From NCBI GenBank assembly GCA_965285935.1, contig OZ260661.1, positions 144,460,001 through 144,524,000 of the forward strand: a DNA stretch of 64,000 nucleotides, read 5' to 3'. The translations under genes and the position numbers were made by a program. This document shows, piece by piece, positions 40,101-51,785 of this stretch; position 1 is the first letter of the stretch; every line of letters begins with the position of its first letter. A model generated the notes under the pieces. The model worked only from the letters and a program-made list of their open reading frames with translations. It ran no database searches and had not been told where the DNA came from. The DNA is from Ophelia neglecta. Lineage: Eukaryota.

Positions 40101-42676
40101 ATCAGCTGCCCTTACACTTAGCACACGGGATATAGGCTTATGTTCTATGTTTACATTGGATTATACTAAATTCATTCCCTGAATAATTTTATAGATGCCT
40201 GATACTTATTTCATCACAATCATCTTAGCTCATTATCTTCAAAGAAATGCGCTTATTGGGCTAATTTGACAACATGAAAAAGTACTTTCTCCTTACCAGT
40301 TAAGGTAACCGAAACAAAGAAATCAGTAATGACTATTATATAAAAGGGCTTTCCAAATATTTAATGTCTATTTCGGTCCATAACCTACATGGGTTACACT
40401 GGCCATGTAACCGCTGCAAACTGACAATTTTAGCTCTATTATTGCTGTGAAACTGTCGTATGCGGTGCTGTCCCCTTTTGGATTCGGGGACGACACAGGC
40501 TTAGGGATGGCATTTCCGACAGACCCTATTCATTGTGATTTCGTTGCCAATATTACAATTTTTTTTCTCACTGGTTCTAAATAATTAGTTTATTGTGGTC
40601 TCTCTTTTTTCAGTTATTTCATTTTTGTTTGTGCATTTCGTTGTTCAATTTCTGTATTTTAATGTTTGCTTTCATGCCATTGACTACTAAATGCTAATGT
40701 CACTTCTAAAATCACACTATTCTACCTCAATTCTGCTACCACTTTTCACCATCGTCACATTCATAAATAGTGGATGTCCAGTATACACCGTCAGAAAGAT
40801 TAGTCAGGGGAGTGGTCAGCCACGCTGAAAAAGCGTAAATCTTCCACCTAGAACTTCTTTGCCAACTAAAATGGGGAAAAGTGATGCGATCAAGTGATCT
40901 GTAACTCGCGTGGGCCAACGAGCCACTGATTCAAAGTATGGAGCATACACTGTACTGACAACAACGAAAGGTAATTGGAAAACCATTAAAAACAATTACC
41001 TGCACAGGTTATTTTCAGTCACGTGACTGGGTTATAGCTGGGTTATTGCTCTCAATGGATTTTAGCTTACTGCTTGTGATGCACAGCTGGCCACTGTACT
41101 CCCGCACCAATACATTGTGATTCATCGACCATTACTCGAACATTAGCATTATCCTCTTAGTGTATGTGAATGTCTGGACTCTTCCCAATGTTAATAAAGC
41201 ATCATTTCTTTTCAGGGGGGTAAAGACTAGTTCAATCTGTACATATAGCTACTGCAATATCAAATGAATTATTAAGTGAACCAGAATTTATATTATAAGA
41301 TCAATTGCCAAATAATTTGAAGCGTGGGGGAAAGGCGCCTCTGTGCATAGATTAATATAATGTAAGTAAAATTGATTTTATGCAATGATTTTAATCTGTT
41401 CTAGCACTTGATTCGACTGGGCTCCTTTCCACTGCAAATATATTAAGAAACGTTATACAGTGCTGCCCTCTAGTAGTAGTGCTACCAATAACACAAACCA
41501 ACTCGAGTAACTTGCAGGTGTAAAACCTACTACTATTTCTATGATAATAACTGCATATGTTTTATGCCACCGAGCAAGCAATATTACAGTTTAAGATAGA
41601 ATGTACCAGTCGTGGCAAGATATGTGGCCATTTTAAACTGCGGGAATTGGATTTATTTGCAAAGAAGATGGCAAAGAAAACGTTTATTTGCGTTCCAGAC
41701 AGTGCGAGAGCAAATGACCCTGTTAAGGATAGTGTGCCATATCTCCTTCAGCCTGTGTTATGCAATGAGTAAGACTTCCCATAAGGCAGAGACGAACGAG
41801 ATAGGAAGTTATGTACTTGCCCAGTCACGGCTGTACAGCTATCGATTATTTCTCCCCCATTGTGGTCAGACACATGTACAGAGCGTCATGGCGCTGAGCG
41901 TCTCCAACCCAGACTACAGGAAGGTACCTGCACATGGCTTAAACTATACGGTTTCTCCGTGCCCTCTTTTCCTGGCACTTTAATGTGGGCGTGCTGAGGC
42001 TTTGTAAAGGGCAATCTGGTGTAAAAAGAGATGTATTTGGAGGCCATGACAGAGCTATAGATGTAGCTCTCTTACGCCCACCACGGCAGTTTATCACCGT
42101 TGCCCTTCGAGTGCCATTTGCTCAAAGCCTTAAGCTCCTTGCCGACACTATGGTGCATCTTGGAGGCAGCACTCTCATGTATAACATCAGCCCTGGGGAC
42201 ATTTAGAGGAGGACAAGATCTGTATGTATTTCATGCAAGACATCTGTCGGATAGGTAGCTCTAGCTTATCAAAGGAATCTCCATGGACATGTTTACAAAG
42301 TAAATATGGCAGGTTCTTTTGGTATGTCATGATTTGGATGTTCTGTAAAGGCCTGTGAAATACTTTGTGACATTGTACAACGGCAGACACCATACTAGCG
42401 TTCATTTTACTAAAGACAACCTTGACAGGTCTGATACCTTGTACACTTTAAAGACAAGTGTTGTTATGCGCAGTCAATTGTTTCTATGGCAATGGAATAA
42501 TTCAGTAAGTCACAAACGTGGATGACTGTGCCTTTTCTCCAGACTCTAACACACACAACAATTTTTATTTGGAAATAATGGTCCACTCCCTGACTTATAT
42601 GTGTGTAATTTTGTCAGTGATGTTCTGGCTGTAGTTGGTATGCTTTAGCGCGAAGAGCCAGAAATCGGACGATAAG

Positions 42677-42677
<1 letters not shown>

Positions 42678-42706
<29 letters not shown>
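42678..42706. repeat. (CA)n microsatellite
   Basis: Directly visible. Confidence 0.95.
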
Positions 42707-42712
<6 letters not shown>

Positions 42713-42729
42713 GTTCCTTGATACTTACC

Positions 42730-42756
42730 ATGGACCCTGCCTATGACAACGACAAG
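42730..42756 (+). CDS. Candidate short alternative first coding exon: MDPAYDNDK
   Basis: accATGG strong Kozak context, 9 codons, AAG|gtaggt phase-0 donor. Confidence 0.45.
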
Positions 42757-42769
42757 GTAGGTCACATTA

Positions 42770-44230
42770 GGTTTTATTATTGGAGAGAAAACTATCCGCC
42801 ATGGGCGGTATTTTATTATTCCAGGGATAATTCTCAACTGGGACCGTGTTTTTTAATTGAAGGGATAGCTCTCCCTTGGGACGGTGTTATTGTTCGAGAG
42901 ATAACTCTCCCTTGGGACGGTGTGTTATTATTAGAGAGATAACTCTCCCCTGGGACGGTGTTTTGTAATTGAAGGGTTAGCTCTCCCTTGGGGCAGTGAG
43001 TTTTTGTTGAATGGATTAATCTCCCCTGGGAAAGTGTTATATTATTCCAGGGATAACTCTCCCTTAGGACAGTGTGTTATTGTTTGAAAGATTGATTGAT
43101 TGATTGATTGAATTCGTTTTATTACGGACGCGAAGATAATTCTCCCCTGGGCGGTATTTTATAATTGAAGGGATAACTCTCCCCTGGGACGGTGTTTTGT
43201 AATTGAAGGTGTGTTATTATTCCAGGGATAACTCTGCCTTGGACAGTGTGTTATTGTTTGAGAGATAACTCTCCGCTGGGACGGTGTTTTGTAATTAAAG
43301 GGTAAGCTCTCCCTTGGGGCAGTGAGTTTTTGTTGAATGGATTAATCTCCCCTGGGAAAGTGTTATATTATTCCAGGGATAACTCTCCCTTGGGACGTTG
43401 TGTTATTGTTTGAAAGATAATTCTCCCCTGGGCGGTGTTTTATAATTGAAGGGATAACTCTCCCCTGGGACGGTGTGTTATTGTTTGAGAGATAACTCTC
43501 CCCTGGAACAGTGTTTTGTAATTGAAGGGTTAGCTCTCCCTTGGGGCAGTGAGTTTTTGTTGAAGGGATAAACCTCCCCTGGGAAGGTGTTATATTATTC
43601 CAAGGATAACTCTCCCTTGTGACAGTGTGTTATTGTTTTAGAGATAACTCTCCCCTGGGCGGTGTTTTTTAATTGAAGGGTTAGCTCTCCCTTGGGGCAG
43701 TGAGTTTTTGTTGAATGGATAAACCTCCCCTGGGAAGGTGTTATATTATACCAGGGATAACTCTCCCTTGGGACAGTATGTTATTATTCAAGGGATAACT
43801 CTCCCTTCGAAGCGTTTCATTATTCGAGGGATAACTCTCCCTTTGGACAGTATTGTATTATTCAAGGGATAACTCTCCCTTCGAAGCGTTTCATTATTCG
43901 AGGGATAACTCTCCATTGGACAGTATGTTATTATTCAAGGGATAACTCTCCCTTCGAAGCGTTTCATTATTCGAGGGATAACTCTCCCTTTGGACAGTAT
44001 GTTATTATTCAAGGGATAACTCTCCCTTCGAAGCGTTTCATTATTCGAGGGATAACTCTCCCTTTGGACAGTATTGTATTATTCAAGGGATAACTCTCCC
44101 TTCGAAGCGTTTCATTATTCGAGGGATAACTCTCCCTTTGGACAGTATTGTATTATTCAAGGGATAACTCTCCCTTCGAAGCGTTTCATTATTCGAGGGA
44201 TAACTCCCCCTGTGACGGTATTTATTATTC
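42770..44230. repeat. ~35-37 bp minisatellite (gggataactctcccttgggacagtgtgttattatt) with a ~70-bp dimeric higher-order unit at its 3' end
   Basis: About 40 copies; cgaagcgtttc and tggacagtat units alternate over 43790-44215. Confidence 0.95.
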
Positions 44231-45214
44231 TCCTAGTGACAATGTACGACCCACTCTCTTGGTATGGCTTACATTAATCAAGCGCTTATTCCCCCAACCT
44301 CACAGTTGCTCAATTATTTAAGCCACGTAGTGCTCGCTTGAATGGCGTGGGAAGCCGTCGGCCTGCTTTATAAAGACATGCTAACTGACTGCATTAGCCA
44401 TTGCATAAGACTACCGCACAAGAGCTGTTTGCAGACTTGTTGCTGGCTACGCCGCCCATGTAAATGTCAGCAGCCATCCAGGTGCCGAGATAAGTTATGT
44501 CTCCGAGGATAGAAGTCATAAGCGTATTGGATTGCCCCATTGTCAAGACCTGGCTTAATAGTATGAATTGCCTGGAGCTGGCGACCGAATATAATAGTAT
44601 AAGAGTATACAATGAAATGTTATGGGTGTGTATGGCCGGGGTGTTCAATACGTATGTTGTTAATTTGAGAAATGGAAAACGAGTGCTATTTTCAACGAGA
44701 AACAGACTTTTTTTTTCTTTTTTTTTTTTGGGGGGGGGGGGGGGTTTCAGTTTTAATCTAACAATTCCAATTTCACTTATTGTCTCTTCACAAACAAAAA
44801 TAGATATAGTAACTTGACAAAACAAGAAGCGGAGAAAGAGAAATTTACTGCTACTGGCGTGTGTGCCATATCAAAATTAGTTGACTACATTTTCCGCGAA
44901 TAATGCTAGCGAATGATGTCCTTTGCACACTATATTATGCAGCACCTTTACACCGCTCTTTGGCTTTGTGCTTATTGAGAATATTTCATTGTTTGTCTCT
45001 AAAAATAAGGAGAGAGCTTAGACTAACATAGACCCTCTTGAGGTATATATCAGCTCCGCACTCTATGCTCTAACCCGCATCATGGAAAACTATTGAATGA
45101 TTCTCATTGCGAGAGATGTTATTTTTATGTTTTCAATTTATTCTCTGCTAGTTTATTTACTTTGGGGCGCTGTGGATTGGGGTTTGTGAGCTTCTGGTAT
45201 CTGAAGGTTTGCTG

Positions 45215-45520
45215 GTTGTTTGGGGATTTATGTGACTTTCAACACTTATCTAGTCATATCACCATGGTGCCTTCTTGTGACAGTGGGCTCAATGCCCTCT
45301 TTAGAGTGCTGCCTCTTGAGTACCGGTCGAAGACACCAGACAGGAAACCCCACCCAGTCACATACTGACACCGGGTTGACCAGCCCTGATACTAACCCCG
45401 AGATACCAGGCGCCTGGCAGGGGAGCTATCAGTACCTTCTTTTACGTTTTGTGTTTGACGCGATTCGAACCCCGATCTTCCACTTATGAGGCGGACGCTC
45501 TAACCACTCCGACACGTTTT
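45215..45520 (-). mobile_element. Full-length tRNA-derived SINE
   Basis: Reverse complement: gtcggagtggttagagcgtccgcc..ggggttcgaatc head, then body homologous to the 13528 copy. Confidence 0.85.
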
Positions 45521-48500
45521 GGTTCCTGATGATGTCGGACTTACTAAGCTTTGCCTACCAGGTACCCACTCCCGATCTTCTGATCAATTATTTTGCATTG
45601 TCATTCAGTTATGCACTCCAGCATGATGATAAACGCATCACACAATCACCCATGTTCTGTCGGCTGTGATAATTCTAATCAAACCCCAATCAGCTAAATT
45701 TATTTTCAATTCGTTGGCTAAACGTCTAGATAAAAAGAAGCACGTACGAATGTTGATTTTCTTGAAAGGAAACCATAAGCTTTCTTAACATATGTGTTTC
45801 CGTTACGCTTGCGCAGTATCCTACCTTCTTGCCTAGTAGTATATTCTGTTATTCTCATTATTGCAACTTCTCAGAATTCAACTACTCGTCCCTATTGAAT
45901 CGACTATATTTGACATGATCCACTTACCCCCCTTAACATCGACCCAGGTTTTTGGCCATTAATTGGCACCGATTGCTTTAAATATAATTCTTTTCGCCAT
46001 TTTATGAGATATTACAGTCCTGTTTTCTGGTATTTCAGTCGTATTTTACAACTCTTTCATGGTCCCACTCCGGGTGATCCTTCAAACGTAATTTGATTTT
46101 GCTGTTATTATGAGTGGTATCGACCATTTTTGCCTGAGGGCAATAACATCAAACCCGTTTGTTATGGGAAATGTTTGTACTTGGCATGATATCTATGGGT
46201 TTTTTCATGTTGAGTGTTTTACCAAGCTTGACATATCACTTAATCAATCGAAACTACGTTCGTGTGATAAAAGCCTAGCAAATCATTTGCCATAGGTCCT
46301 ATAAAAATGCTTTATTTTCTAGCTTATCTTGTTTACCCACGGAGTTAGCTTCTACTAAGAACCATATGCTCACAATGTGTCGATGACAACCACAAGAGAT
46401 CCGACATTAACTAGCACTATCTCATAGCGTATTGGTACTTTGCAAAATAAAGAGAACAAACTACCGGTATCAGCTCGGTAAGAGGAGTGGATACCAAACA
46501 GAAAAATCAAAACCATCAAGCAAGAAATAAATCTGAAATAATCATGAACCGTTAGCCACAGTTTTTAAAATATGAAAACATGCAAAATGTATTCAGTTCA
46601 ATGGTAATCTATTTAATGGACATTCTTTATATCAGCGAAGATATATATGACAGATTTTTTTTTCACACCGGATACTTTATATTTATAACATTATGGGCCA
46701 ACCAGTTGAGACGAGAAAAGAGTCAGAAAATAGATATTGCATTTTTTGAGTTGATTAAAAAGTACAGGAGTAATGCTGTTTATAAAAATCGAGAGTAGTT
46801 ACTTGGGAGACAGAAATCGTTAAATAATTACAGTTCATTTAATCAGTACCCAATCACCAGGAACCACTTAACTCATGCCCAAACAGTCAATAAACTTATA
46901 ATGAAGTAAACAAAATTATTATTCGTATTGAGAAGAAATCAACAGTTGTCCAAGGTGCGAGGCAGCACAAAACACACGGGTCAGTGGTGATTATGGACAG
47001 ATCTAAAATATATCACCTGAGAGTCTATAGGGTAATAAGATCTTTCTTCATTTGGCGACATACGATGAATTTAGCTCAATACACATACGTCCATGGAGAA
47101 ATATTTCCCCAGCTGAGCAAATGACCAATTCAACTCTCATTTCTAAAAACTTCACAAGATGCAATAGAGTAGTTACCTATAGATTCCAGAGTAGTTCTAA
47201 ATTTTAGCTGATAAAGCAAATGCAGAAATCAAGATTTTTCTATTTGTCCTTAAAATGTCCCTGCATGCTAAAGACGACATTGGTATAGTATCACCACGAT
47301 AGCGCAAAGAAGGTTCAAATATGTTAGGCGAATGAGTCGTGCTTTTATCTTTAATGGACACGAGCTTCTGCAACAAAGGTCAGTGTAGATGTATTGAACA
47401 GATTCACATGGTCTATTTCCATGGGAAGAGAAGAGCAGATCACCCTAAAACATTGCGCTCTATAACTCAGGAAATGGCAGTGATTAGTAATCTATATAAG
47501 TTGATCAGACATGAGAATCTTTATTTTCCAGTTACCACAATGCCAAATAAAACGTGTATCAAATCACCCTGCCACGACAGTCCCTTGAGAACGATTAGGC
47601 TATTTGTCAGACAACCACACCCTTACTGTTTAATACGACGCTAACCAGGGCACTAGATCTACAGATTATGGCTATGCATTATTCAACACAAGGGTTTCCA
47701 CCAGTGATAATCCACTTGCTATAACATTGTATAATTACCTTGTGTTATCAGCCACGTTCTTTGTTTAGTAAATGCCTTGATGTTTATAATCAAACAGTTA
47801 GATTGGCATGGTACAAATATTATTATTCAGGTTTGTAGACTTAAGGCAGAACCGCAGGTGGCCTGTTGAATGTCAACAGATTAGGTTAGTGCATGACTAT
47901 CAGCCAGGTTTATGTGGCCTTGCAATATCGGCAAGGTAATATTCAAATATATTGGAATTGGCTGAATAGGTAGAAGTTTTCTTGGGGAAATTGCGAGATG
48001 ACTAAGCGATCATAATATCTATAGGACATTAATTGGAAGTGCAACTTGTCAGGCACCAAGTGAGTTCTAGACATTATATGACCCTCTTGTCTCCTGCCAA
48101 TCGACAGTCAATACGCAACCATCGATATGGCACTCGATCGCAGAGACTGGAGCCATAAATCACACTACTAACAGGATTGTAGCCAGGGGAAAAAACAGTT
48201 ATCATTGTGCAGGGGTTGCGCACAGGACAGCGCTCATAATTTTTGCTGTTAATTTTTGTTCTCATTACCTAATGGGTACTACACCTAATGGCCATGACAA
48301 CCCATGTTGTGTTGGCCAATCAGAAATCGGTGACATATTTGTAAATGCGCCTGTTAGGCACTGTGTCATTATATAACCAGTCCGGGTATACCGCACAATC
48401 ACAGGAATACAGGGACCCAAAAATAGGATTAAATCGTCCGATAGACGGTTATACCTCCTGATCCGAGGGGTTAACTGGTCCAGTGAAAAGGCGCTGACTA

Positions 48501-48644
48501 GCTCATTTCCAGACATGTTTTTCACGTTGTCCTTATTAAGAAGTGATTTATATGCACTACGAATTAGCAAAACTTGAATTAAACCATATAAGCTATATGC
48601 CAACTAACTTACTACATCGAACCTTAGGGTGTAGAAAGCAGTTA

Positions 48645-49112
48645 TTAACGGGATTGTACATCGTGCCTGTCTGTGATCTCTTGACAGTAACGGGGATTGT
48701 GCTTTTTGCTTTTCTGTGTACTCCTGACAGTAACGGAGATTGTACATTGTGCATGACTGTGTTCTCCAGACTGTAACAGAGATTGTACGTTGTGCTTGTC
48801 TGTGTACTCCTGACAGTAACGGAGACTGTATTGTGCCTGTCTGTGTACTCTTGACAAAAACGGGGATTGTTCATTGTGCTTGTCTGTGATCTCCAGACTG
48901 TAACAAAGATTGTACGTTGTGCCTGTCTGTAATCTCCTGACAGTAACGGATATTGTACACTGTGCTTGTCTTTGTACTCTTGACAGTAACGGAGATTGCA
49001 CATTGTGCCTGTCTGTGATATCCTGACAGTAACGGAGATTGTACGTTGTGCTTGTCTGTGAATTCCTGACAGTAACGGGGATAGTACATTGTGCTTGTCT
49101 GTGTACTACTGA
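48645..49112. repeat. ~43-45 bp minisatellite (cctgacagtaacggagattgtacattgtgcttgtctgtgtact)
   Basis: About 11 copies. Confidence 0.93.
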
Positions 49113-49176
49113 CAATTACATTTACATTGGTCGTAATGTAATGACCTAGTTAACCCTGAGGCGTTTCATTTGTGGC

Positions 49177-49302
49177 ATGTCTAGGATAGCGAGCCAGAGC
49201 GGGGCGGGGACCGGTGCCTCCTACCGTGGACTGGACCCCGAATATCGTGACATTGGACTGGTCACCTGCATATGTGAGGTCTGCTCTTGGTGTGTCGGCC
49301 TC
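49177..49302 (+). CDS. Candidate alternative first coding exon: MSRIASQSGAGTGASYRGLDPEYRDIGLVTCICEVCSWCVGL
   Basis: ggcATG, 42 open codons, GC-rich relative to flanks, CTC|gtaagt phase-0 donor, 2.4 kb upstream of the constant exon. Confidence 0.55.
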
Positions 49303-51670
49303 GTAAGTAAACAATTCATGACATGCATTGTTTGGACTCTCGGCCCTATTTTCGGGGCTTTTATAGGTGCAAACTATTCACTTAGGCTGTATCCTAGGGT
49401 TACGCATCATGGATTACGCCCATGGCTAGCTCCTTTTATCAGGTTACGTTCGCGTCTCTCTATATAATCGGATTACGTTAATGCCCGGTTATATAATCGG
49501 ATTTGGGTTGGGTCTGTTTCATGATTTGTTTAAATACTGGTAAATGTGTAGTGTGTTATTACGGTTATGCCTCTTCCCTTTTGGGATTAGAAGGCGTATT
49601 CATACACGGTTAAGGCCGATTCGGTAAGGTTTTATTTAAAACCATCAATTACCGAGAAAGCTTTACTTGCCTTGCTTCTGAAAATCCTTTGGCCCGTTCA
49701 CTCAGCCAAGTGATAAATAAATAAGCCAGGTAGTGGCGATGGGTTATATCCGTTTTACTGTGATTTTTAAATTAAGTCATCAATCTATTTTCTTTATTCG
49801 TGTCTAGTCCGTATCTTGTCGAGCAGTCGACTGTTGGTCTAAAAATAACTAGGTTGATCTTACAATAATAAGCCTCTGACAAGTTGGATTGGTTGATATA
49901 TACATGAACGCCAGGGAACATGTTGAGTATGAGGTCCTAACGCAACCAGACAACTAGTAAGAAGATAATCAGAATTGTCCTTACAGCTACCTTATCATTC
50001 ATCTGAATGCCTACATCGCCGGTTTCAATGGGATCATTCTTTTACTCTTGAAATTTCATTACCGTACTCAGCTATCGCTACCTTAATCCACCAAGCAAAC
50101 AAATCTCTGCCCCTTCCTCATGCTCCCCATCACCGGGTGGATTTATTACAAGGGCCGCTGAATAGATACCCATTGGACCAGGCAGTCCTCCAGGCTATCC
50201 AACAGCGACCCCTAACTACCACTTCTCACTACAAATATCTAAATGTCACCCCCCTTTATAAAAATCATTTGAAATTAGACTATAGACTAACTATCAATTA
50301 GTCGAAAAATATCCTTTAGTGTTATTTATTATAGAATCGAATATTGTCAGCAAGCTACCCAGCCCTAACTTCTCCTGGAATATTGGTTATATAGGCAAGA
50401 AGAGGAGGTGTGATTGTCCCATTGCTGGAACAACCAGAAGTTTACGCTTCACGGGATCCATAGTATAGAATAATTATCCTGAGATTATGTTTATATAAAA
50501 TCATTGACACGGACACCACCTTTAGAATCTAAATTTAAACAGGAAACCGACCATGGGTGATATTGGAATTTTATAAGTGAATGACTTGTACCTTCTTATT
50601 GTTAAAAACAATTATGTACAACACCAAACTCCAGCCGACATGTGCTCACCAGAGGGTGCCACCATCCTGTCTCCGGGGGGTCATTCCATCTTAAAGTTAT
50701 GTTATAGGGATTCTTGTTTTTACTGAATTCATTATGGTTAGAATCAGGACTAACTTTTAATCACGAGGGTAATAAAACCATCACTTATTTATTTACTTTA
50801 TATATTTATACAGATACAGGTAATCGAGACTTTACGGTGATATTGTTGATAATATTGGCTAGACAGGAAGTCTAGGTCAATTGCAAATAAGGAAGACACA
50901 AAAATACATAAAGCGCGACAAAAACATAAAAACAATAAACAGAATACCGCGTGCATCATAGTGTTTAGGTGCAGTTCACATAGATGTAACAGAGGGTTGA
51001 TTTATAAGCTCTCAGTTTGGACAGTTAATTTGGAAATCATCAAATTCCTTGCAGATCTTCTCAACGCGTGTGGAGAGCCGACAAAAGAAGTAACATGTTT
51101 TATTTAATTGTTGGTTTGAGCTGTCTGGTAAATGGGGCTTCTTTTCAAAATATTAGTCTGAGGTTTTTACAAATGAAGGTCCTGGGCCTGTCTGGTGTGA
51201 TAGTAGTATCACCAGGCATGACCTGATTCTAACGTCCTACAGCTACCTTAAAAGTAGTATTATTAATGGTATCTCCATTGATGGCCCAGAGCCTTACACC
51301 CAAAGGCTAATTATACATTGTACGCTTGAGTCAAAGCGAGAATACTTGACTAAAATGTATACTTAATGAACGTCTATTTTAACATTCTTTCGGTACATTC
51401 TTTTAACACCCTGATGGTCTGCCAACTTGTGCCAATTTTTATTTCTTCCAAGTCCCTGCCTTTTCCTCTCGTGATTACGTTTTTCTCGAGCTACATTTGA
51501 GCCGCCCTAGAAACGCGCTTTAATCGGAGATGTCAATGACCTTTGGACTGATACAGGGTTTACTCGAGGCTGCCGGTTACGGGTGGATGAAGACAGATTT
51601 CAATCATAAATCTAGAGCCATCGATTGGTTATATCTGTCTTTTGAATAACACATCACCTGTGTTTTTCAG

Positions 51671-51785
51671 GAGCTGGTCGGAAGTAGTCCTTCGGAGCGT
51701 AACTGGCGTGGGATCTTCATCTCCCTGCTGGTGATCGTCGTTGTCCTAGGTCTCATCGTCGCAGCCATCGTCCTCGTCACCCCAA
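51671..51785 (+). CDS. DPP10: DPP6/10-like first constant exon: juxtamembrane segment plus transmembrane helix
   Basis: tgtttttcag|GAG CTG GTC... translates to ELVGSSPSERNWRGIFISLLVIVVVLGLIVAAIVLVTP, then A|gtaagt. Phase-0 acceptor, no ATG. Confidence 0.95.

Noticed and set aside
41557-42405. Cluster of 70-120 aa ORFs
   Set aside because: No recognisable domain; possibly a decayed transposable element but not assignable by eye.
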